This document shows, one piece after another, positions 40,513 to 47,568 of a stretch of DNA of 47,568 nucleotides. How positions within the stretch are numbered: the stretch's first letter is position 1; each line of letters starts with the position of its first letter. Source of the DNA: Arenimonas sp. (GTDB lineage: Bacteria; Pseudomonadota; Gammaproteobacteria; Xanthomonadales; Xanthomonadaceae); contig JAYUWO010000082.1 of the NCBI GenBank assembly GCA_043753545.1, positions 1 through 47,568 of the forward strand, read 5' to 3'. The notes beneath the pieces were generated by a model. The model worked only from the letters and a program-made list of their open reading frames with translations, did not search any database and had not been told where the DNA came from. Position numbers and translations under genes: made by a program.

Positions 40513-42260
40513 ATTTTCACAGGCACTATTTGACACGCATGTGCGATGGCGTTTTTGATGTAGTCGGGCACAACACATAGAGTTTCTGGTTTTGAAAATT
40601 CCAGCGCTAGCGCCTGACCAAATCGCCCCTTTTGGACATTGCCGTGCTCACGCTCGAACATGCCGCGGAAAAGTGCTTTAGCTTTTGCAGCGTCACCGGT
40701 CGCTGCGGTTACCTCTGCCTCAACAGTAGGTCCGAAGACTGGATGAAGCTCCTTCAATACGGTCAACATGGCAGCCCGATTTTCCTCATGTAGCGCCAAG
40801 TCATATTCGAATGTTTTTAAGCCATGGAACACTTTGACGAGATTATCTTCGCTTGTCTTCATCTTGGTGGTGTTATCTGACAGCGTTACGGTATCACCCA
40901 GCGCGGGGTAGACGGCCTGAGCTTTACCGCCGCCCTCATCTTTTTCCATTGGGTCGGCATCAGTGATCAGCGCGACAGGAATTTTTAGAGCCTTTTCTCC
41001 GAACAGCGGTAAAAAAGAATCGAAATTCAATCCCTCAACACTGATCAAGCTGACTGCATGCTCTCGCAAATTGTACTTCGCCCTCTCTGCCAGAACGCTT
41101 ACCAGCATAAGTTCTGCCGCACCCTCAACAAATATTACCCGACGCGCAAAGAAGAGCTCGGCACGAGTGACATCAAGGTATCGCTTCAGCTTTTCTTTTT
41201 TGCCTTTTGCAAAGGCAATATCTCTAGGAAAAAAAGTCTCAACCGTAGCTCCCGTATCGACCAGACAGCTGAGACTATTAAGATCGGCAATGCTGGCAAA
41301 GTTAGGAGAATGGCTAGTTACAAAAAGCTGTACCGGTTTCTCGCCGGTCGCTGCCTGGACGCTCTGAAGGTAACGAAGTAGCACAGCTTGCAATTGCGGG
41401 TGCAAGTGCGCCTCGGGCTCTTCTATTATAAGACTTCTATAGCTAGCCTCCGGGTTCTTTGCTAGTTCACTGAGAACGACCGCCATGAAGATGAGGTTAT
41501 TAAATCCAAGCCCATTTTGCTCAATTTCAAAAGTATCGACGGAGAGTGACAAACGAGACGCCAGTCGCTGAAAGTCACTTGCACTCAAGCCAATATCCAA
41601 TGACTGTGCAAGCTGCACTCCAAGCATTTCCTTGTGACGAGTCGCAATTGCTGAGTGTGTTTTGACGATCGGTTCTTTAAGACGCAATTCATCGTCCAGC
41701 GTTTTCAAAGCCACATTAATTGTATCCTCTCCGTCTTGGTCGGAAAGTAATCGTAATAATCGCGATAGCTGACTAGTGCGGCTTGGTCTTAACCCTTGGG
41801 ACGCATCACGTAAAGGAGGGAGATATACGCCGCGCAGATTCTCCATAATGTCTGAAGTCAGGCTAACGTCTTCATGGTTGCCACACCAGCGTTTAACTCT
41901 TAGCCGGCCTGCCTTGTCGGGTTCCTGGTACCGCACGGTAATATGCGCTTCCAGTTTTCCATCAGCTCCTGGCTTGAGCGCGGCAAGAAAGTCCGCTTCA
42001 TCATCCATATCCAGATCGCGAAATACATATTGGAAGGTGATGTCGCCTGCCGCAACGGCGCCCTTTGGGTGATGCACGTCTTCTGCGGATAGCCGTGGAT
42101 AGGGCTCATCGTGTCCAGCGAGTAATGCTCGCAGCGCGTCGATAATTGCCGTCTTGCCGACATTGTTAGCACCGACAAGGACATTCAAGCCGGGCTGAAA
42201 GAACAGCTCGGCACTGCTCAATTTGCGAAAATTGGTGATAGTCAATTGAGCCAGATACAT
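40509..42260 (-). CDS. gajA: OLD-family ABC ATPase-TOPRIM nuclease, Gabija GajA
   Basis: GANNVGKT, NGLGFNNL, IIEEPEAHLHP, TSHSP, FVEGAAE and ITDADP. Confidence 0.85.
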   Translation of the reverse strand: MYLAQLTITNFRKLSSAELFFQPGLNVLVGANNVGKTAIIDALRALLAGHDEPYPRLSAEDVHHPKGAVAAGDITFQYVFRDLDMDDEADFLAALKPGADGKLEAHITVRYQEPDKAGRLRVKRWCGNHEDVSLTSDIMENLRGVYLPPLRDASQGLRPSRTSQLSRLLRLLSDQDGEDTINVALKTLDDELRLKEPIVKTHSAIATRHKEMLGVQLAQSLDIGLSASDFQRLASRLSLSVDTFEIEQNGLGFNNLIFMAVVLSELAKNPEASYRSLIIEEPEAHLHPQLQAVLLRYLQSVQAATGEKPVQLFVTSHSPNFASIADLNSLSCLVDTGATVETFFPRDIAFAKGKKEKLKRYLDVTRAELFFARRVIFVEGAAELMLVSVLAERAKYNLREHAVSLISVEGLNFDSFLPLFGEKALKIPVALITDADPMEKDEGGGKAQAVYPALGDTVTLSDNTTKMKTSEDNLVKVFHGLKTFEYDLALHEENRAAMLTVLKELHPVFGPTVEAEVTAATGDAAKAKALFRGMFEREHGNVQKGRFGQALALEFSKPETLCVVPDYIKNAIAHACQIVPVKI

Positions 42261-42486
42261 GGATTACTCTCCAAACCAAGTGCTTTTTCCAGATATTAAA
42301 GCTATTCGTCTAAGAAGAAGGCATACCGGCGTCATATGGAACGACTGTGCTGGTGCTGGTCTTCACGGAAAAACAGATCTTGCCCTAAAACTCAACTACT
42401 GGAGTAGAACGCCGGCCCTAGCTCCGGCATAAGTGGACATCTAAATTGACAGTGTGCAGTTGCCACAAAGTAAACACGGTTGTAGT

Positions 42487-43941
42487 TTAAGGTAGGCCAG
42501 TACCCGCACAGTCTTTCAAAATGACCACTTCGCCAATAATGTTAGGGACAAATGCCAGTAAGCCAATGTCACTTAGTCTTCCAATGAACCAATTCACGGG
42601 CTTGTAGAAATGTGGGATATGGGAATTTTCGGCCTCGGTAAAGTACCAAGCTGAAATTCTGTTCTTATCGATGCCGCCACGCCTTGCGCTGCTACGAGCT
42701 GAATATTGGGCAAGAAATAGTGTGTATAGCGACTTCTGAAATCCATATTGGTGGCGAACCCAATGGGCTACGTCACGTTGGTTAAAGCGATCACCAGCTT
42801 TCCGGCTAACTATAAAGTGGTTATACACTGCGACTTGCCATAGCGCCGGATGTGCTTCGTAGATCCAGGAGTCCGGATGGAATTGCAGAAGGTGCTCTCG
42901 GACTAACTCATTTTGTATCGAGCCCACCAGGCAGGAAATCTTGTCCTGGTCTCTTTTATGAAAATAGGCCAATCGCTTTTCGCGGGTTTCGTTGGAGGTG
43001 AGATCAGCCAGTGCTGATAATTCGTTTTGGCATTTTTTTCGCAGCTGTTGTCGAAATTCTTCGCGCTTGGCCAATTTGATCGCCGAGGAGGCTCTTGCTT
43101 CAAGCCACTCTTGATCCAGTTGCTTCCTTTCTTCCTCTGCTAATCGCCTGGCTTCGGCAATCTCCTTGTTTCTTTCTGCAAGGGCCAATTTGAGATCCCT
43201 TAACCTTTCGCGCCAGACTTCAGCCAGCGTCGGGCAGGACAACCATTTCCGATTCGCGACATTCTCCAAAACCTCGTGTTCAAAACTATGGGGGTCCATC
43301 GCATGTTCCGGTTTAATGCGCGACAGGTCGATTTCAATGAGTCGCCTACCTTCAGATTGGATACGGCGCCGCTTGACCTCATCCACTGCATGGGTGACTC
43401 GAATCTCGATCAGGAGTGTGCCCTCATCGTCTTCTGCAATGACATCGGGAATATAGTCGCCTTGCGACTCTTCCAGCCGGACATTAGTCACAGACTTTCT
43501 CTGGGCGGGCCATTCAACTCGCCTGCCGTGAAGGATCATGCCGCTGTCATCAATTAGAACCGATGGATTTGGCATATCGTGTTCACCATCCCAGGCGGGC
43601 AAGGTCAGAGCCAGCTGGTCGGCAATCAATTGTTTGGCCATGCGATGGATGGAGCTTTCGAATCCAGCCCGGCATTCTGCGTCTTTATAATGTGCAAAGT
43701 GGGGTTTCCGGTATTTACTGTTTTTTGCCTTGGCCACCAACCGATGGCCACAGGCTGGGCAGACGCAACCGCAGGCTATTCCGGCTGGAACATTCCGAAC
43801 CGCCCACATTCTTCCATCGCGAAGTCCGTAGGGAACTTTCAGTCGGTTCGGGAAAGACCGGTGCGAAGTGTGTCCATAGCGATGGGTGATAATCTGTAAT
43901 TGGCTGCTCTCAGAAGGGGGAAGCAACAGGTCTTGGCGCAT
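42487..43941 (-). CDS. CoiA-like zinc-finger / PD-(D/E)XK nuclease
   Basis: CVCPAC...HFAH...C, ESSIH, YIPDV...IEIRVTHAVD, then a coiled coil and an unknown C-terminal domain. Confidence 0.75.
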   Translation of the reverse strand: MRQDLLLPPSESSQLQIITHRYGHTSHRSFPNRLKVPYGLRDGRMWAVRNVPAGIACGCVCPACGHRLVAKAKNSKYRKPHFAHYKDAECRAGFESSIHRMAKQLIADQLALTLPAWDGEHDMPNPSVLIDDSGMILHGRRVEWPAQRKSVTNVRLEESQGDYIPDVIAEDDEGTLLIEIRVTHAVDEVKRRRIQSEGRRLIEIDLSRIKPEHAMDPHSFEHEVLENVANRKWLSCPTLAEVWRERLRDLKLALAERNKEIAEARRLAEEERKQLDQEWLEARASSAIKLAKREEFRQQLRKKCQNELSALADLTSNETREKRLAYFHKRDQDKISCLVGSIQNELVREHLLQFHPDSWIYEAHPALWQVAVYNHFIVSRKAGDRFNQRDVAHWVRHQYGFQKSLYTLFLAQYSARSSARRGGIDKNRISAWYFTEAENSHIPHFYKPVNWFIGRLSDIGLLAFVPNIIGEVVILKDCAGTGLP

Positions 43942-43990
43942 GTGACGTTTCCTTTCAAAATAAATAGAAAGGCAACAATCGAGGTTTGGA

Positions 43991-45007
43991 ATGGATCAAA
44001 ACAGTCTTAAACATACCGATTCAGGGAATCCGGAGCTTTTAAGTATTCGCTGGCTCGGGGAATGGCTCCTCAAAGACGGCGGCAATAATCGAAGTGCACA
44101 CGTTCTTGCTGAATTGGTAGAACAGACGGAGAAATGCCTGCTTCGTGGCGAGCAGCCCCCTTTTTGCGAGATGGAAGAAATGCGCGAAATAATCGCATCG
44201 CAAACAAATCGAAAAGTCGCAGATCATCAACCCGTAGGCAAGTGGTTGACGCTAAGCCAGCTAGGCCAATGGTGGGATGCTCGAGAGGAGGCTAGAACGG
44301 ACCAGTTGGTTGCAAATGGTTTAACGCGTCGCCCAGTGCTTATTACTCAGCCAGGTGGAGGACGAGGTAACCCGAATCGCTTCCGTTTTGGCTTTTCCGA
44401 AATACACGTGTTGTCCAAAGAAATAGAAGATGAAGAGCCGCATGAAGTTGCTGCCACTAATTCGCTTCGCTACACCGAAGAACATTTAAGAGCAATTATT
44501 TGGTGGAGGTGGCTGTTGCCAGGCAAACCTGTGCAATTGAGATCATGGCGTGGCTGGGTTGTCGTGAGCGTCATGTTGTCTGGATTCTTGCTCATTGTTT
44601 CATCGGTGATATTCACGCTATTGGTAATTAACCATCCAACTCCTGTTACAGGAAGAGATCTTTGTTTGATCCTTATATCTGGGATCATCGTAATTGGAAT
44701 GCTCTGGAAGATGCGGCCTTGGCTGGAACTGCCGGAGCGACGAATCACGATAGCCCCAGATAGCTTACTGCCTGCTGATCAACTATTTGGTCAGCTGAGA
44801 TTAATCAAGAATAAAGATAAAAAGGTATCGGGTTGGCTAAGCCTTGTTCGATACTCGTCTACCTGCACAAAATGTGCGGGCACAGTCGAACTTTCAAATG
44901 GACGAACAGATTTTCCAGGGAGAATCATAGGTCGATGCCGAGACAGCCCAATGGAGCATGTATTTAGTTTTGATCCAGTGAACTTGTCAGGAAGTCCGTT
45001 GCGCTAA
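43991..45007 (+). CDS. hypothetical membrane protein with C-terminal zinc-ribbon-like motif
   Basis: GAGG RBS; two TM helices; CTKC...GRC...EHVFSFD. Confidence 0.7.
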   Translation: MDQNSLKHTDSGNPELLSIRWLGEWLLKDGGNNRSAHVLAELVEQTEKCLLRGEQPPFCEMEEMREIIASQTNRKVADHQPVGKWLTLSQLGQWWDAREEARTDQLVANGLTRRPVLITQPGGGRGNPNRFRFGFSEIHVLSKEIEDEEPHEVAATNSLRYTEEHLRAIIWWRWLLPGKPVQLRSWRGWVVVSVMLSGFLLIVSSVIFTLLVINHPTPVTGRDLCLILISGIIVIGMLWKMRPWLELPERRITIAPDSLLPADQLFGQLRLIKNKDKKVSGWLSLVRYSSTCTKCAGTVELSNGRTDFPGRIIGRCRDSPMEHVFSFDPVNLSGSPLR

Positions 45008-45073
45008 CACCCATATAATTATGGGAAACTACTTGCAGTGCCGGACTCGTTTTAGTTAGCTATGATGATTAAT

Positions 45074-45163
45074 TGCATTTTCCGGGTGACTTGACCCTCG
45101 GCGCCGGTTGACCTTGAGGGGAATGCTGGTATTGACCGACCGCTTCCGGCCAAAGCGGTGCGC
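45074..45163 (+). repeat. dispersed ~92-bp boundary element, copy C
   Basis: TGCATTTTCCGGGTGAC..CCGGTTGAC..TGCTGGTATTGACCGACCGCTTCCGGCCAAAGCGG. Confidence 0.75.
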
Positions 45164-45394
45164 CCTTAAGGAGCTTGACTTCGAGATGACGGCAAAGGCC
45201 TTTCTGTTTGTGGCCAAAGCGGCCGGCTGAATTATGCATCCAAAGATATCGTGCTGATTCAATCCCCGGGTCAAAGTGGTGTGTAACAGACAATTTTCCT
45301 AATTTGATATGCATCTCGCCATGTTTAGCAATCTGATCCCTTTTGCCGACCTCGCTGCATTGTTGGCGGGCTTTCAGTTACGTTATCCTTGCTG

Positions 45395-45427
45395 CACCCC
45401 AATAGCAGTCTTATCCAGTTGTTAGAG
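45395..45427 (+). other. probable attI (or half-attC) at head of cassette array
   Basis: GTTAGAG core at 45421 is the exact complement of R'' of the first attC. No left attC half was found upstream. Confidence 0.55.
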
Positions 45428-45434
45428 GCTAGTA

Positions 45435-45719
45435 GTGCGCAAAGCAGGTCATAGCAAATACAAAGATACTGAGAATTCACTCCCTGGCCGTCTATCCGCT
45501 GCTTTTGGGTCACTTCTAGTTTCCGTTCCGGTTTGCCTTTTTCTTTGGTTTCTATTCAATAGCAAGTATGCTTTTGTTTCTGACTCTGTCATTCCAATTA
45601 ACTATTTCATCTGGTTTACAGCAGCCCTGTCGATTTTTGGTTTTGTTTTCCCAAAGGCCATTCCTAGCATCCTTGGTTGGCTTATAGAATTTGCTATGGG
45701 GGCAACGAGAGCACCGTGA
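45435..45719 (+). CDS. cassette 1: small membrane protein
   Basis: GTG start 8 nt after the core site; ends just before attC1; hydrophobic. Confidence 0.65.
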   Translation: MRKAGHSKYKDTENSLPGRLSAAFGSLLVSVPVCLFLWFLFNSKYAFVSDSVIPINYFIWFTAALSIFGFVFPKAIPSILGWLIEFAMGATRAP

Positions 45720-45729
45720 CAGTCGCGGC

Positions 45730-45822
45730 CTCTAACTACGCGCTCAAGGGGGCCGCCGTGGAAAGATTAGATTCATCCGAACCGTCATCCGGCGCGTCGG
45801 TCCCTTATCTTGGTTGTTAGGC
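45730..45822 (+). other. attC site 1
   Basis: CTCTAAC-5nt-GCTCAAGGG...CCCTTATC...GTTAGGC; extra C in L''. Confidence 0.9.
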
Positions 45823-45896
45823 GCCACAATCACTAAACTGCTAATCCCCCTTATAAATCAATCGTCGTCCCAAACACACAACAAATTGGAGAGTGC

Positions 45897-46637
45897 ATGG
45901 ATCTCAAATCATTGGCCGCGACGATAGCATTTGCTTCGGTAATTCTAGTGGCGAGCACGGCTTATGCCGCGCCGGTAAAAAATAACCTAATGTCAAAGGA
46001 AGCCGCCCCAAGAAAGCCTACGATCTCGGAAGGACAGCGACAGTTCGAATTGTGGCTGGCAGCTAACGAAAAGTACGAGAGAGACCCAGAACACAACCTT
46101 GCCTCAAAGTACGCAGCCTTGCGCGCACTCAAGCGGAGTGCCGAGTTAGAGTATCCGGACGGTCTGTATTGGTGGGCAAACCAGATGCAATGGCCCGACG
46201 TTCTCTCAAACGATTCAAAGTACGATGCTGCAAAGTTTAAACTGTTGAAAAGAGCCGTTGAATTGGGTCACGTCGAAGCACACGTCCAGCTTGGGATCGC
46301 CTACAACAGTGGGGCCGGAGTTGAAAAAGATCCAGGCAAGTACGCCTATCACCAAATCGTCGCTGCAAGGGCGGGCATTCGCTCTGCGATCAGCAATCTC
46401 GAATCCAGCATGAGTGGGCCATATGTAGGTTTCACGCGAGTCGTTATTAAGTCGCCCGTGACATTCCACGCCAGGCCGGACTATGCACCTGGCGGGATTA
46501 CGTTTCTCAGGAAGGGCCAAGTAGTCTGGGAAGTAACTCGCTACAAGAATGGCTGGACGGCGGTTTACATTCATGACGGCTATATACTAGGGTTCGTCCC
46601 GACGGCCGATTTTACCAAGGTTGGCGGGGCGCAGTAG
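45897..46637 (+). CDS. cassette 2: exported Sel1-like repeat protein with SH3-like tail
   Basis: Signal peptide; KRAVELGHVEAHVQLGIAYNSGAGVEKD; C-terminal LRKGQVV...NGWTAV...GFV. Confidence 0.75.
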   Translation: MDLKSLAATIAFASVILVASTAYAAPVKNNLMSKEAAPRKPTISEGQRQFELWLAANEKYERDPEHNLASKYAALRALKRSAELEYPDGLYWWANQMQWPDVLSNDSKYDAAKFKLLKRAVELGHVEAHVQLGIAYNSGAGVEKDPGKYAYHQIVAARAGIRSAISNLESSMSGPYVGFTRVVIKSPVTFHARPDYAPGGITFLRKGQVVWEVTRYKNGWTAVYIHDGYILGFVPTADFTKVGGAQ

Positions 46638-46718
46638 GCAACAACTCCACATGGCCAAGCACGTTCGCTCGACCAAAACCCTGCAATATAGCTTTACTTT
46701 CTTCATCCGCTTGACGAC

Positions 46719-46819
46719 GCCTAACTCTGTCAGCGAAAGCGGGCGAAGAGCCCCTCCGTGAAAATACTGGTTTCAAGTTTCACATCCGGTGCGTCGCCAC
46801 CCTACTTTGGTTGTTAGCG
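46719..46819 (+). other. attC site 2 (left arm degenerate)
   Basis: GCCTAAC...CATCCGGTGCGTCG...TTGGTTGTTAGCG. Confidence 0.8.
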
Positions 46820-46839
46820 GCCAAGGGAGAAAATAATAG

Positions 46840-47142
46840 ATGTATGCTATAGCACCGTTTATCGCAACCCCCATTCTCCTTGCTATCGCCTTGGCTGTTA
46901 GGTTTTCCGGCAATGGAAAAATCCTTAATATCGTCGACTATTCTCGGGTTTCAAATGTCGCCGAGCTTCATCGTTGGGCTGGCAATCGCTTGCTGTTGTT
47001 GCCGGCAATTTCTGCATCACTTGGTGTATTGTCACTTTACAGACCAACGCTGTGGCTTATTTGCACCGTACTCTTTGTGGTTTCAGTACTTGGTGTAGTC
47101 ATGTGGCTAGCAATTTCGTCAGTTCAGTTCACGCGACGCTAA
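46840..47142 (+). CDS. cassette 3: small three-TM membrane protein
   Basis: GGGAG RBS; stop TAA lies inside R'' of attC3. Confidence 0.75.
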   Translation: MYAIAPFIATPILLAIALAVRFSGNGKILNIVDYSRVSNVAELHRWAGNRLLLLPAISASLGVLSLYRPTLWLICTVLFVVSVLGVVMWLAISSVQFTRR

Positions 47143-47222
47143 CTCAATCAAGGGTCCGTGGAAACATTAGATTCAAGCGAGTTATCATCCGGCGCGTCGG
47201 TCCATTATCTTGATTGTTAGAT
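47137..47222 (+). other. attC site 3 (shortened left arm)
   Basis: CGCTAAC...TCAAGGG...TCATCCGGCGCGTCGGTCCATTATCTTGATTGTTAGAT; close to attC1. Confidence 0.85.
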
Positions 47223-47226
47223 TGCT

Positions 47227-47568
47227 ATGACAGAAGATCCGCAAACTGAACCTTTACACCGATGGAATCTTCTCGCGCGTGAGAACGCCGAGAACGCCAT
47301 CATTTCATCAATGTTTGCTGCGTCAGATCTCGCTCGCGAACCAATTGAGAGTTTCTCAACTTGGTTGCTGGTTGGCGCGGCTGCAATTGCCTCTTTTCTA
47401 TTAGGCAATGCGGACAAGCTTGTTCCAATAATTTCGCAAGCCGGTTTCTTAACATGCGGCATGCTTCTACTGCTGTCATGCTTATTTGGGCTTCTTTCCA
47501 AAATTTATTCGGTGCGCCATAAGATTACATCCGCAACCGGCAACGCAGTGCTTGAGACATTCAAGCAA
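47227..47568 (+). CDS. cassette 4: membrane protein, 3'-truncated by window edge
   Basis: ATG 4 nt after the core site; MTEDPQTEPLHRWN...FSTWLLVGAAAIASF; open to the window end. Confidence 0.7.
   Translation, partial: MTEDPQTEPLHRWNLLARENAENAIISSMFAASDLAREPIESFSTWLLVGAAAIASFLLGNADKLVPIISQAGFLTCGMLLLLSCLFGLLSKIYSVRHKITSATGNAVLETFKQ

Larger units (their letters stand above)
24171..47568. mobile_element. integrative genomic/defence island, right end outside window
   Basis: Housekeeping synteny ends here and composition shifts. Contains alpA, a rep remnant, a mobI-like gene, pseudogenes, and defence and toxin cargo. No integrase in the window. Confidence 0.8.
45421..47568 (+). mobile_element. 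integron gene-cassette array, at least 4 cassettes, no adjacent intI
   Basis: Three related attC sites separating single co-oriented ORFs. Confidence 0.88.

Noticed and set aside
42326-42370. TGCTGGTGCTGGTCTTCACGG as a fifth full boundary element
   Set aside because: The upstream boxes are not at the conserved offsets; only a weak hairpin match nearby was kept.
45002-45062. CGCTAAC...GTTAGCT after the 338-aa ORF, resembling an attC
   Set aside because: No L boxes or extended complementarity, and no similarity to the three real attC sites.
45056-45314. Short minus-strand ORFs as an intI remnant (LKV...VKSP resemblance)
   Set aside because: No catalytic R-H-R-Y motifs, and the matching bases are part of repeat copy C.

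Overview
The window has two parts. Bases 1-24170 are core chromosome of a probable Xanthomonadales/Lysobacteraceae-type gammaproteobacterium (inferred from gene order and REP types): plsB, ttcA, rdgC, patatin, tamB-tamA, glyS-glyQ, tatCBA, hemH and xth, with REP/REPIN hairpins between genes. From the start codon of xth (~24171) to the window end is a decaying integrative island. It has putative integrase arm-type repeats, alpA, a broken replication gene, a mobI-like gene and modular conflict cargo: a PD-(D/E)XK nuclease-like gene replacing a type I R-M locus, an Rhs toxin with a REase-type tip plus immunity gene, Gabija, a CoiA-like nuclease, and an integron cassette array with no intI next to it. 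The most unusual signal is a non-coding ~92-bp element with fixed internal spacing, present four times at cargo boundaries (27895, 31821, 38483 inverted, 45074). Two copies form an inverted pair with a near-perfect 5-bp flanking duplication around a 6.7-kb transposase-less unit carrying an apparently captured chromosomal piece (kdsB fragment, REP, rhs, immunity). All family assignments come from motif recognition by eye; no database search was run.
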